Below are positions 22,465 through 32,998 of a stretch of 64,000 nucleotides of DNA, piece after piece. Source of the DNA: an uncultured cyanobacterium. Its GTDB lineage: Bacteria > Cyanobacteriota > Cyanobacteriia > Cyanobacteriales > Nostocaceae. The DNA lies in NCBI GenBank assembly GCA_963740315.1, contig CAVUDP010000001.1, positions 1,472,001 to 1,536,000 of the forward strand, written 5' to 3'. The notes under the pieces are model-generated. The model ran no database searches, was not told the origin of the DNA, and saw only the letters and a program-made list of their open reading frames with translations. Numbering within the stretch: the stretch's first letter is position 1; each line of letters begins with the position of its first letter. Made by a program: the position numbers and the translations under genes.

Positions 22465-23055
22465 ATGTCACACTCTACTGATATAGCAACCTTAGCTCGT
22501 TGGATGGCTTCTGATTTCAGCAATCAAGAACAAGCTTTTGAAAATCCGCCTTTTTTCGCTCATATTCGGGTATGTATGCGTCCTCTACCTTTAGACTTAT
22601 TGTCGTCCGTAAGCTTTTATGTTGAGCAAGCTTACGACTATATGCTTAACGATCCCTATCGGGTTGCGGTGAATAAATTAGTTGATGCAGGGGATCATAT
22701 AGAAATTGAAAATTATAGAGTTAAAGATGCGGAAAAATTCTATGGTGCCTCCCGCGATTTGGAGCGTCTCAAAAGCCTAAAACCCGATGATTTGAAAAAA
22801 CTACCTGGCTGTAACATGATTGTAGAGTGGACAGGTCACAGCTTCAAAGGAATGGTGGAACCAGGTAAAAGCTGCATTGTATTTCGTAAAGGACAAAATA
22901 CCTACCTTGACAGCGACTTTGAAATTGATGGAGAGAAATTTATCAGCAGAGATAAAGGAAGAGACTTAGAAACCGACGAGCAAATTTGGGGTTCAGTTGC
23001 AGGTCCTTTTCAATTTGTCCGCTGGCACAGCTTTGCAGACGAAGTAAAAATTTAA
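22465..23055 (+). CDS. cpcT: Phycobiliprotein chromophore lyase, CpcT/CpeT family
   Basis: DFSNQEQAFENPPFFAHIRVCMRPLP, EQAYDY...PYR, DKGRD....IWGS. Confidence 0.92.
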   Translation: MSHSTDIATLARWMASDFSNQEQAFENPPFFAHIRVCMRPLPLDLLSSVSFYVEQAYDYMLNDPYRVAVNKLVDAGDHIEIENYRVKDAEKFYGASRDLERLKSLKPDDLKKLPGCNMIVEWTGHSFKGMVEPGKSCIVFRKGQNTYLDSDFEIDGEKFISRDKGRDLETDEQIWGSVAGPFQFVRWHSFADEVKI

Positions 23056-23062
23056 TATATTA

Positions 23063-23132
23063 AAATAAACCAAAAACCAAAAACCAAAAACCAAAAACTA
23101 ATAACTGGTAACTGGTAACTGGTAATTGGTAA
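23063..23132. repeat. Heptamer tandem repeats (AAAAACC)n and (TAACTGG)n
   Basis: Directly visible between cpcT and cpdA, extending into the cpdA 3' end. Confidence 0.8.
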
Positions 23133-23886
23133 CTCTTTCAACCCAAGTTTCCCAAGTACCATTGGGGTAAAGTTTCATCAAGCGAAATCCTGGCGGCTTT
23201 GGATCGAGAGCAAATTTTTTACTTTTTGGCTGAAACTGAACGCAAGTTGAAGGGGTTCCTAAATAATCAACACCCTGCCGTCGAGTATAAAATTCTTGGT
23301 GTATATGACCAAACAATACCAATCTAACTTGTGGATATTTATCTAAAACTGCAAACAATTCTTCAGAGTTTTGCAAGCTGCTGTCATCTAACCAACAAGA
23401 ATTTACCTTGAAGGGAGGATGATGCAGTGCTACTGCTGTTGGTTTATTAACACTCATGCTTAGCTGTAAATCCAGCCATTCTAAAGTTTCACTACGTAGA
23501 TAGCCGTGTATTTTACCAGCTACTGAAGAATCTACTAATATAAAATTCCATTCGCCGCGTTCAAAACATTTACGCCGAGAAACCAGTCCCAGATTTAAAA
23601 CTTCATTCATGATTGCGAAATCATCATGATTTCCTGGTAGCCAATAACTAGGAAGAAATAACGGACTTAATAAATTTTGTAAATTACTATAAGATTGTGG
23701 CGTACTATCACCTGATAAGTCTCCTGTTAATAACAATAAATCAAGTTCGTCTCGCAGGTTTGTTAAGCGTTCGATCACCGCATGGAAAGACTCTGTAGTA
23801 GGCATTCCCAGGAATTGTTGCTGCTCCGATGCAAATAAATGCATATCTGTTAACTGAGCAATAGTTATGGTCGAAACTTCTTTCAT
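23098..23886 (-). CDS. cpdA: 3',5'-cyclic-AMP phosphodiesterase (calcineurin-like metallophosphoesterase)
   Basis: QLTDMHL, TGDL, PGNHD, LHHPP, FGHIHQ, TPSTCVQF; likely start MKEV at 23886. Confidence 0.9.
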   Translation of the reverse strand: MKEVSTITIAQLTDMHLFASEQQQFLGMPTTESFHAVIERLTNLRDELDLLLLTGDLSGDSTPQSYSNLQNLLSPLFLPSYWLPGNHDDFAIMNEVLNLGLVSRRKCFERGEWNFILVDSSVAGKIHGYLRSETLEWLDLQLSMSVNKPTAVALHHPPFKVNSCWLDDSSLQNSEELFAVLDKYPQVRLVLFGHIHQEFYTRRQGVDYLGTPSTCVQFQPKSKKFALDPKPPGFRLMKLYPNGTWETWVERVTNYQLPVTSY

Positions 23887-24543
23887 ATAAGGGTGATACC
23901 AATACAATACGAATCTTAATATCCAATTCTCCTTTACAGTCATAACCCATCTAGATGTGATGGTAGTTAATATTTCCTTCCTCACATATTCATACTGTCA
24001 ATTCCTTAATAATTTTGAGGTTATGTATGTTTGATTACTTTTGATCTTTTTAAGTACAAACCGAGATATTACCTCTATATCTTATACTGTTTTTGCCTCT
24101 AATAATGTTTTTCATCTATCTTAAGACATAAAAAATGTATTTATAGACTTTTATAATAGTTGTACTTTAAGAAGTATAAATACTGCTTCCACAGAGAAAA
24201 ATATGTATTATACGTAACCGAAAATCCTAGCATAGATATGGGGTAATAGAATGGGTGGACGGATAATAAAAAAATATGGTAATAAGTTTTAGATGTAATC
24301 GCAAACATTTGTAGGTAAACTACAAGCGTGAATGCTTATTGTAGACTTATACTCCACTTGGGACTGTTATTTAAAAAAACCATATTTTCTAATAAACAAT
24401 TCAATACTCCACATCTATATTTTTTCTTTGAGCCGGCTTCTTCTCCTGCGTCTCCTTAATGCTTATTGTTCTTGCCGGAAAATAATGTATGGGGGGGGTA
24501 GATTTTTAAATAAAATGTTGATAAAATAAAAAATGGCAAATGC

Positions 24544-24615
<72 letters not shown>

Positions 24616-24689
24616 TTGTTAATATTCCCTCGTTTCCCGCTCCCCAAGCACCTTCTAGCTTCCAGGAGCCGATTCTTCGTTTGTACCAT

Positions 24690-24822
24690 TTTAGGTCAAA
24701 TGGGGTAGAATCAACCCACAAATTTAGGCCAAATTTAGTCCAAGCTTTTGTTACCCTGTGGGAAGTTATAAACGGCTTTCCTAAAAAAATTATTTTTGGT
24801 AACTGGGGTAAAACTGGGGTAA
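24690..24822. repeat. Direct repeats between tRNA and integrase (candidate integrase arm / Xis sites)
   Basis: AACTGGGGTAA x2 in tandem (24801-24822), AAATGGGGTAG (24698), TTTAGGTCAAA/TTTAGGCCAAA/TTTAGTCCAA (24690-24743). Confidence 0.5.
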
Positions 24823-24828
24823 ATTATC

Positions 24829-25966
24829 ATGGATATTAGCAACCGCCTCGCACAAGCTAACGGTAGATTGCGAACTTCCAATATTGGTATAGCCATCCAG
24901 CAGCGCGGAAATATTTTATGGCTTAGGGGTACGTTCCCGCCGAAACCCAATTCCGGTAAAAACAAACCCCATCAACAAAGAATATCCCTGAAGACGAAAG
25001 AAAATCCCCGGCGGAGTTAAAGCCACATTAGCTGGATTACAGTACGCCGAAAAACAAGCTCGTGCTATTGGCGTACAGCTTGATAGCGGTCAGTTTAATT
25101 GGGCTGAGTGGGATGTAAGTCAAGCGCCCAAACCTGAAACTGTATCGGATTGGGTAGAAAAATTTGAAGCCGAATATTGGAAAAGGCGATCGCGCAACCA
25201 GCAAACCGAAACAACGTGGAAAAAAGATTATCAAGTTGTTTTCCCGAAGTTCGCCGAATTTGCCGAAAATGCAGAACTTTCTATCGACTTGATGATTGAA
25301 TTTGCAAGCCTTAGCGAACCTGATACGCGGAGTCGTAAAAGAGTATGTGACATTTTAGGAAGACTTGCTAAATTCGCAAAGCTTGAAAATTTAGAAGCTA
25401 TTAAAGAACTGACTGGTAATTATTCACCTGGAACAGTATCGCCAAGAAGTTTACCAACAGACGAGCAGATAGTTCAATGGCGAGACAGAATTACCAGCCC
25501 CGGCTGGCAATGGATATATGGGATGTGTGCGGCATATGGTTTGCGTCCCCATGAAGCATTTCATGTTGATATGCTAGATTTCCCCACCGCAAGAGTTAGC
25601 GATGAAACCAAAACGGGAGAGCGATTTATTTACCCGCTTTATCCCGAATGGTCGCACAGTTGGAATCTTAAAGAAATCGTCTTACCAAATTTGAAATCAA
25701 TTGAAGATTCCTCCAATGCCAAACTCGGAACTAAGGTATCCGGATTTTTCTACGATTTCAAAATTCCATTTCCTCCATATAATTTACGTCACTGTTATGC
25801 ACGTAGGTGTTTCGAGTTTGGATTCACTCCCGACTTTGGAGCAAAATTGATGGGACATTCAGTTACCACCCATTGCAAGACATATCGAGCTTGGATTGAT
25901 GAAGCAACATACCTAAAAGTTTATGAAACATTAATTCATCGAACAGGTAGACCACCTGCTCCTTGA
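24829..25966 (+). pseudogene. Tyrosine recombinase/integrase, XisA/XisC-like cyanobacterial family; +1 frameshift near 25008
   Basis: N-terminus ANGRL..QRGNILWLRGTFPPKP; removing one C from ATCCCCGG joins it to GGVKATLAGLQYAE...FNWAEW and the 25289 ORF with catalytic GLRPHE, YNLRHCYAR, LMGHS, TY. Span 1138 nt = 3n+1. Confidence 0.88.
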
Positions 25967-26257
25967 ATAAAGATTGTCCGGAGGGCTAATTAAAAATAAT
26001 CCCTCCGGAAAAATCAAGCGAAAAGCTGCTGGAGTTATAAATCCGTTCAGCACGGCAGTAATGTTGATTTTGATAAGGCGATTCATTGAATCATTACGTC
26101 TTGCATCAACCCAATGTAAACCTTCTTTCCATTGTCCAGAACTAATTCGCCGAAGAATTGAAGTACGGCTAAATCCTTTTCCTAACCTTTCTGATGCTTC
26201 TTGAATTGTCAAAAGTTCCGCGTCTTGCGGCAGCTTATACATTGTTCGTTTCGCCAA
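25931..26257 (-). CDS. Excisionase-like winged-helix protein
   Basis: LLTIQEASERLGKGFSRTSILRRI...WKEGLHWVD; small, basic and convergent with the integrase. Confidence 0.7.
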   Translation of the reverse strand: MAKRTMYKLPQDAELLTIQEASERLGKGFSRTSILRRISSGQWKEGLHWVDARRNDSMNRLIKINITAVLNGFITPAAFRLIFPEGLFLISPPDNLYSRSRWSTCSMN

Positions 26258-27596
26258 GTTACTAACCTCCCTTCTTATTATTGTTTTTCAGCAGGCAATA
26301 AATTATTTTTTCGTGCTTTTTTCGTCGCGACTTTTCTTCCATCCTTTTCGGACTTATCGTAATTAAGACTATTGCAATTGGAAACAATTCAAACTTCGAT
26401 TATGTCTCGAAGTAAATAATGGTCGAGACAATCAATAAGAAAGCAGTTAAACACAATGATTCCAAAACAAACGTTTCTTCTGATTGCAAGCCCCCACTAT
26501 GCAGATGCAGAAAAAATGTTGTTTATAATACAATCTAGCGCCGAATAAATGCGAGTAGACCTGTTTCGAGTCAATAAAACGCTCTTTGAACTATTTATAC
26601 ACAAATTTTTGTATTTTGACAATTTTTTGGATAAACAAATATTTAACAGCAAGTATCAAGCTGTATATGAAAGGATATTTTTTTATATTTAACTACGTAA
26701 ATAGAGAAAAGTTGGAGTTGCTTCAAATCCTCTCATAATAAGACTCAAAAACAATAATTGACTACATTAAGGTAAAAACTATAGTATCTATAAATAAAAG
26801 AGATAACCGAACACTGAAATTTTACAAAATTTCAATAAAATTTGATTTAATCTTCGATAATCTCTTATTTCTCGATATTTCAGATATCAATAAAAATATA
26901 ATTAATAAAAAATATTCACCATTTTGAAATAATATTGATTGACTTAGAATGTTTTATTTCCTACGTATCATTTTTTTGTAAAGTAGCTTACATTTATAGT
27001 TAATCAATTACTTAATATGAGTTTAAGTAAATGAATCTAAAAGCTGATTGCGTAATTATATAGATTGTTGTAATTAATATTTGTATAAAAACTTTTTTAT
27101 TGAGCGTAAAAAAAATAATTGTCTAAGTTAGGAATAGGGGAACAATTATCACTTTAGGTAGATTTGTTTTCTGTGTAATTTAGTCATCATTTTTTATTAG
27201 GTGTCTTCGGCTACAGTAAAAACCATCAGAAAATTTGTTGATGAATTTTAATACCCGCATAAGTTTAAATTATACGGACATCTACTAAGTGATAATTGAT
27301 TCCCTATTTACTCACACTCGGAGTCCACAGTTATGAGTGAAAAAAATCGTGTAGTTGCGATTCGTATTTTAATAACGCAACAAGGTTTACGTTTAGTGCA
27401 GCGATTATCTAAGCTGAAAATGCGTTTAGTTGCGTCGTTGAAAAATAAAATTTACGACTTTCCACATAGTTAAACTTTTGAAGGAATAACGGCTCTTTTT
27501 CGTTTCAATTTTTGTTCTTCTCAACAGTTCGATAAACTTTAAACGATAGGCGATAGCAGCTTGCTCCCGTAATAAGCAGCGACTTGCACAGACAAG

Positions 27597-27923
27597 TCAG
27601 GAAGCGACTTTTGCTTGCCCCACACTGCTTGCCCATCTATCTGCTAATCCTCTAAGAATTTCTTCAATTTCGTTATCACTAGCAGACAAAACTCTGGTTC
27701 GCCAATCTGCTTCTTCCACACGAATCTTAAGCCAAAAACTATCTTGAAATTCTTTTGGCATACAAGTAAGTAAGCTGAAAAATTCTCCTGCTTCTAAATC
27801 GAGTTTTCCCGTGCGAAATCGACTGAGACGACTTTGATGAATTCCAGTCCAACCACTCACCTGTTTGGCTGAATAATCAAAAGCCAACAATAGCTGATTA
27901 AAAATTTCTCTGTGCTGGCTCAT
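27597..27923 (-). CDS. XRE-family HTH regulator
   Basis: SAKQVSGWTGIHQSRLSRFRTGK helix-turn-helix. Confidence 0.8.
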   Translation of the reverse strand: MSQHREIFNQLLLAFDYSAKQVSGWTGIHQSRLSRFRTGKLDLEAGEFFSLLTCMPKEFQDSFWLKIRVEEADWRTRVLSASDNEIEEILRGLADRWASSVGQAKVAS

Positions 27924-27946
27924 CGCAACATTTCTTTACTTAATGT

Positions 27947-27992
27947 TTGCCAAGTTAGCAATATTATATTTTTGTAATTGCTATTTCAGCAA
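27947..27992. promoter_or_regulatory. Two palindromic operators TTGC-N7-GCAA between the XRE gene and the divergent rep operon
   Basis: TTGCCAAGTTAGCAA (27947-27961) and TTGCTATTTCAGCAA (27978-27992). Confidence 0.55.
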
Positions 27993-28145
27993 TGCTTACT
28001 TTTTTACAAAGATGCCTCATTGATGGATGAGTTAGCTTTGAGTACCCACATAATAGCACCAACAGCTTTGGTGAGACATCTATTTTCAAGTGCCGAATTA
28101 GTAGACCAATAGCTCGGCTTAAATGTTTCAGGCTTTCTAAAAAAT

Positions 28146-29009
28146 ATGACTAAAAACAATTGCTGCGTACAAAACGAGTCTAATTCTGGCGAACACAAAC
28201 AAAAAACACCTCTTTTTTATCGTCTAATTCACAATGAATGGGTGGAAACTGTGAAAAACTTGACTGGAGCCGAAATCAAGGTGCTGTACTATTTGCGTTC
28301 GCTCGATCCATTTGGCGATCGCCATCTCGAATACAGCATTACGGAAATGGCGAAAGAACTAAATATCTCCAAAGGAGCAGCATCAAAAGCAGTTAAGAAA
28401 TTAGACCAAATTGGTTTGATTGATGCACAAATATCGAAAGTAAAAATCAAAATTACCACTGACCAATACAAAGATACTGAGTTTCCTATAGGAAACAACG
28501 TTTCATATAGTGAACCACGGTTTCCTATAGGAAATCCGAGTTTCGTAGAGGAAACTGAGGTTTCTTATAGGAAACCACAATTTCCTATAGGAAACGAACA
28601 ACAGCCAGAACCTTTGCCAGATGGCGATTTGAGAACTCCTCAGACTATTAAGACTTATTCAGACTTTGTAAAGACTCTCTCAGAACAGGAGCGAGCGAGT
28701 TTTTTAAATTTTTGTCAAGAAAAAGCGAAAAATCTTAGTCAGGAGGTGATTGATTTAGAAGCATGGTTAGCAAGTAAAACTAAAGCTGGAAAAAATCGTT
28801 GGGAAGTTCAGTACCGTTTTTATAAAGCTTCTCGAAGTTCCAGACATCAAGAAGAACTTTCTCGCATACAAGCAAGAGAGCAAGTGAAAAAGTGGAAGTG
28901 CAAATTAGAAGAACAAACCGTTACAGCAACTGTTGCTTGTAAAGAGTCATTGTTGAAAGAGGACGATTGCCACCAAAATAATAGCTCTTCAGGCAATCGT
29001 GAAAATTGA
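28146..29009 (+). CDS. Putative replication initiator (winged-helix N-terminus, internal DNA repeats)
   Basis: wHTH SITEMAKELNISKGAASKAVKKLDQIGLI; iteron-like array inside the gene; overlaps dnaB. Confidence 0.7.
   Translation: MTKNNCCVQNESNSGEHKQKTPLFYRLIHNEWVETVKNLTGAEIKVLYYLRSLDPFGDRHLEYSITEMAKELNISKGAASKAVKKLDQIGLIDAQISKVKIKITTDQYKDTEFPIGNNVSYSEPRFPIGNPSFVEETEVSYRKPQFPIGNEQQPEPLPDGDLRTPQTIKTYSDFVKTLSEQERASFLNFCQEKAKNLSQEVIDLEAWLASKTKAGKNRWEVQYRFYKASRSSRHQEELSRIQAREQVKKWKCKLEEQTVTATVACKESLLKEDDCHQNNSSSGNREN
28481..28595. repeat. Six palindromic 16-mers (GTTTCCTATAGGAAAC) at ~20-bp period, iteron-like
   Basis: Copies start at 28481, 28500, 28520, 28540, 28560 and 28580. Confidence 0.85.
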
Positions 29010-30382
29010 ACCATAATTCCCAAAAGGATAAATACATGATTCATCAAATGCCCCCTGCAAATATAGAAGTTGAAGAAGCGGTACTCGGCGGAATACTTCT
29101 AGATCCCCAAGCCATTGTTAGAGTACGCTCTAACTTAATTCCAGAAGCTTTTTATATCAAAGGTCATTCCGATATTTATAGTGCTGCACTGCAACTTGAT
29201 AATCAAGGTAAACCAACAGATTTACTAACTATTATCAGTTGGCTTAACGACCACGATTTACTTAAAAACATAGGTGGTAGGAATAAATTAGCAACACTTG
29301 TAGACCGCACTGTATCAGCCGTAAATATTGATTTCCTTGCCGATTTAATTATGGAAAAGTATAGAAGGAGGCAATTGATAAGAGCAGGTAATGAAATCGT
29401 TCAACTCGGCTACCAGACAGAAATTGAACTACCACAGATATTAAATAGCTCCGAACAGAAAATCTTTCAAATTTCCAATCAAAGAACTTGCTCAAATACC
29501 GAACACAACAGCACAATAGCCTTTGCTGCTTACAAAGAAATAGAAAATGTCAATCCTATTTATTCCACAGGATTTGAGCAATTGGATAAGTTGATAGTGG
29601 GATTTGAACCTGGTACTTTAACTTTGGTTGCAGGCAGACCATCAATGGGTAAAAGCGCTATTTCTTTAAATCTCGCATTAAGGATGATATTAGATCATTC
29701 TCTCCCAGTGATAGTTTTTTCATTGGAAATGACTAAAGAGCAGTTGGAATATCGTTTGTGGAGTTTAATCAGCATTGCTTCCGATTATAAAAATTGTGAC
29801 CTTGTTCCGATACCGAGCGACCGCATCCGCAGACACCGAGCTTTGAGCGAAACCTTGGCTGATTGGGAATTAAGCAATATCAACAAGATTGTCAATATTG
29901 CATCAACTTTACCGCTCTACATTAGTGACAGTAGGGGGATTAAAGTTTCAGATATTGCTCACGAATGTCGTCAAATCAAAACCAAGAAAGGAAAAATAGG
30001 GTTAGTTGTAATTGATTACCTACAGATGATGGCTGAAGATTCTAGTGCCAATCGCAGTTATGAGTTAGGAGAAGTAGCAAGGGAACTTTATAAAATGGCA
30101 GGTGATTTAGATGTTCCCGTATTAGCACTTTCCCAAATTAATCGGGCTGTCGAAAGTAGACCAGTTAAGCGTCCAACAATGAGCGATCTTAGCCAGTCGG
30201 GGATATTAGAGATGGTTGCCGATAACATTATCCTCGCATATAGGGACGAGTACTATAACCCGAATACTTCAGACCAAAAAATATTAGAACTGATTGTAGC
30301 TAAAGCAAGACATGGAGAAACTGGAACAGCCACTGTTCTATTTGACAAATCTTATGGAGCTATTGCGTCTCTAATGGAATGA
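29006..30382 (+). CDS. dnaB: DnaB-like replicative helicase (element-encoded)
   Basis: PPANIEVEEAVLGGIL, AGRPSMGKS, FSLEM, VIDYLQ, LSQINR, AKARHGETG. Confidence 0.93.
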   Translation: MNHNSQKDKYMIHQMPPANIEVEEAVLGGILLDPQAIVRVRSNLIPEAFYIKGHSDIYSAALQLDNQGKPTDLLTIISWLNDHDLLKNIGGRNKLATLVDRTVSAVNIDFLADLIMEKYRRRQLIRAGNEIVQLGYQTEIELPQILNSSEQKIFQISNQRTCSNTEHNSTIAFAAYKEIENVNPIYSTGFEQLDKLIVGFEPGTLTLVAGRPSMGKSAISLNLALRMILDHSLPVIVFSLEMTKEQLEYRLWSLISIASDYKNCDLVPIPSDRIRRHRALSETLADWELSNINKIVNIASTLPLYISDSRGIKVSDIAHECRQIKTKKGKIGLVVIDYLQMMAEDSSANRSYELGEVARELYKMAGDLDVPVLALSQINRAVESRPVKRPTMSDLSQSGILEMVADNIILAYRDEYYNPNTSDQKILELIVAKARHGETGTATVLFDKSYGAIASLME

Positions 30383-30422
30383 AATTTACGACAACAATCT
30401 TCACTTTAAAAAAATAGAACTC

Positions 30423-31604
30423 GTGAGCGGAATAATTATGAGTATAAATTCAGCTTCAATAATTTGTGACGAACAACAGGATCTACAAGCAAAGACTGTC
30501 GAAGAAAACGAAGAAAGAGTTACACCATCAATACCACCCTCATTCAACGTAGAACTTCAGATTGACTCTGAATTTAAAAATCTAATTCCTCCACTCTCTG
30601 TAGAAGAGAAAACACAATTGGAAGCAAATTTAAAAGAATTTGGTTGTATTGACCCTTTGGTAGTTTGGAAAGGTAAGTCTATTATCTTAGATGGACACAA
30701 CCGCTATGAAATTTGTACTAAAAATCAAATTCCGTACAAAATTGTAGAAATTGATATGCCATCCAGAGATAATGCTATTTGCTGGATAGTTAATAATCAA
30801 TTAGGGCGGCGCAATACTACACCAGAAGTTGCTAGTTACCTCCGAGGTAAACGCTATCTGCATTTGAAGGGTAATCGTGAAGATAATTTAAAACAGAATT
30901 CCCCGAAGTGCAAGTTTTGCACTTCGGAAGAAGAATTAGAAGATGCTATCTCGATGGACAAAGCGAAATCTTTAGCTGCTGAATATAAAGTTAGTCCCAG
31001 AACAATCAAGAACGATGCAAAATTAAGCCAAGCATTAGACACTTTAGCTGATGGTTTAGGAGAAAAAGTTAAGCACTCAATTTTATCTCGTAGCCCCAAG
31101 ATGACCAAAGAAGATATTCTATCGCTAGCTCAAGTAGTGCATAGTCAAGGAAGTACTTTAGCTCAACAGATATTCGACAATAAACGAGGAAATACAAGTA
31201 TTGTTCAACAAATTCAAAACAAACAGCGCGTTCCTAATCCAAGAATTGTAGGTGAAGTTTGTCAAATTATTTCTAAAGGAGATCCAGATTTAAGACAATA
31301 TTCCCGATGTTGGTGCATAATTAATGCGGTGAATCTTCATAGTTGTGCTATTAGGATGTGGAAAATGGACTTACCCACAGTCAAACCAGAAAATTTGGAA
31401 CCAACATATACAGCATCTGAAGAAATTGCTGCTCAAAATTGTCAACGTATTCGGCGATTAGCGGATATAGTTTGCAAAGACGGTGAACCCACTCATATAG
31501 CTGTACTTGAGGCGCTTTCAAGAATACATGACCCTGCTAATCTTACATCCAAACAGGAACGAATACTGTCTTTTTTGGAAAAAGAATACGATTTACAACT
31601 ATAA
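30423..31604 (+). CDS. ParB/Srx N-terminal domain protein
   Basis: LIPPLS.EE..LE..L...GCIDPLVVW, ILDGHNRYEIC, NQLGRRN, HTH LAAEYKVSPRTIKND. Confidence 0.8.
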   Translation: MSGIIMSINSASIICDEQQDLQAKTVEENEERVTPSIPPSFNVELQIDSEFKNLIPPLSVEEKTQLEANLKEFGCIDPLVVWKGKSIILDGHNRYEICTKNQIPYKIVEIDMPSRDNAICWIVNNQLGRRNTTPEVASYLRGKRYLHLKGNREDNLKQNSPKCKFCTSEEELEDAISMDKAKSLAAEYKVSPRTIKNDAKLSQALDTLADGLGEKVKHSILSRSPKMTKEDILSLAQVVHSQGSTLAQQIFDNKRGNTSIVQQIQNKQRVPNPRIVGEVCQIISKGDPDLRQYSRCWCIINAVNLHSCAIRMWKMDLPTVKPENLEPTYTASEEIAAQNCQRIRRLADIVCKDGEPTHIAVLEALSRIHDPANLTSKQERILSFLEKEYDLQL

Positions 31605-31657
31605 AACTTCTTCTGTAACTATATGATAATTACAGAAAATATTGATGATTTTACTTT

Positions 31658-31690
31658 TAGCCCAAGCATGATAAGCTTAGGGCTATTTTT
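31658..31690 (+). terminator. Intrinsic terminator ending the rep-dnaB-parB operon
   Basis: TAGCCCAAGC...GCTTAGGGCTA followed by TTTTT. Confidence 0.6.
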
Positions 31691-32030
31691 AATAAACAAT
31701 TTATCCATCTTTCACAGTTTAAGTAAGCGTTAATAATCGCGGTGAGCAGCGCAATAAAATTTAAGTAGTGTACATAGATAATTAGTAGCAAGCTTCAATT
31801 TAAATCTATGTATTTTTACATTAATATTGAATTTTAAACTAGTAACTTGATACTTTTTAATACTAAAAAACGTATTAATACATAAGATAATGCTTTACTA
31901 ATGTAATATTTATAAACAGAAAAAATAATATTTTATCGTAGAAAAATAGTATTTTTATTTACCTCGATTGGATGATTAATTTTGAAGTTGAAACAAGTTA
32001 TTAAAGAGAAAGAAAAACGATTGGATTTGA

Positions 32031-32609
32031 ATGTTAATGTCTTTAAGAACATCCCGTAATTCGATATCCCCAAGACTCAACACTCCCTTTTATTCAATAT
32101 CTAATTTTTCTTTATGGATTATTGCACTTGCAATCACAGTATTCAATGCAATCGTCAATCCAAACCTAGCAAGCTTTGCAACAGTAATCTTGGGTATTTT
32201 GGCAACAGTTACAATAGCTTGGAGACATAATTTTAATAGTCTGTTTACTTTTTTAGAAAAGCTTTCTCGTTACTACCGATTCTCCACACCTATATTTATA
32301 ATATTAGGTACTTTTGTCCTACTAGATGCACTTTCAACACCAGCACAAGCACAGTTTTTTCAAAACGCAGAAACATGGATGACAGGACAATTTACAGGTG
32401 CAGGGGAAGCAATTCCATTAGTATTTAATGTATTGCGAGGTTTATTTTTAATTTACTTGGGAATCTCTTTAGTAAAGGTAATTCAGGCTTCAAGGCAGGA
32501 CGAAGACTGGCAAAATTTAGCCCGTACACCAATGATTATTTTGATTGCGGTGACAGTAGGCGATATTTTGGCGAATTTGATTATTGGTGGTGGAGGAGGT
32601 GGTGGATAA
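32031..32609 (+). CDS. T4SS pilin-like (VirB2-like) membrane protein
   Basis: PAQAQFF processing-like site followed by two hydrophobic helices; first gene of the T4SS operon. Confidence 0.6.
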   Translation: MLMSLRTSRNSISPRLNTPFYSISNFSLWIIALAITVFNAIVNPNLASFATVILGILATVTIAWRHNFNSLFTFLEKLSRYYRFSTPIFIILGTFVLLDALSTPAQAQFFQNAETWMTGQFTGAGEAIPLVFNVLRGLFLIYLGISLVKVIQASRQDEDWQNLARTPMIILIAVTVGDILANLIIGGGGGGG

Positions 32610-32659
32610 TTCGTAATTCGTAATTCTTAATTCTTAATTAATCAGCACAATTAAAACAT

Positions 32660-32998
32660 ATGGAATCAGAAAAATCAAAGTATCGAAAAGTTAATGGGAC
32701 TTTAGGTAAACAACCATCAATAGGACCGTTTCCTGCTGACCAATTAGTTCCCTGGGCTATTATTTGTGGGAGTTCCTATTACCTTGCTCACGGTTTGTTG
32801 CGATTGAATTGGGTTTGGACAATCTCTATCGCAGCTTGGGGAATTTCAACTTGGTGGGTAATGACAGCCAATGGTGCTTGGAGAATTTTATCAAAATTTG
32901 TTTCAACTCCTAACTGGACTAGGGTTGGTACACGCTATGAGCAGTTTATAAATACAAAAACTGAAAAAGTTGATTCAAAGAGAACACATAGAAAATGA
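32660..32998 (+). CDS. VirB3-like small membrane protein
   Basis: Two TM segments; overlaps the virB4 start (ATGA). Confidence 0.6.
   Translation: MESEKSKYRKVNGTLGKQPSIGPFPADQLVPWAIICGSSYYLAHGLLRLNWVWTISIAAWGISTWWVMTANGAWRILSKFVSTPNWTRVGTRYEQFINTKTEKVDSKRTHRK

Noticed and set aside
24829..25966. nifD/hupL-type gene-interrupting excision element
   Set aside because: No interrupted protein gene at the boundary; the element abuts an intact tRNA.
26300..27590. Hidden genes in the AT-rich gap
   Set aside because: Only short frames without motifs or a clear RBS were found.
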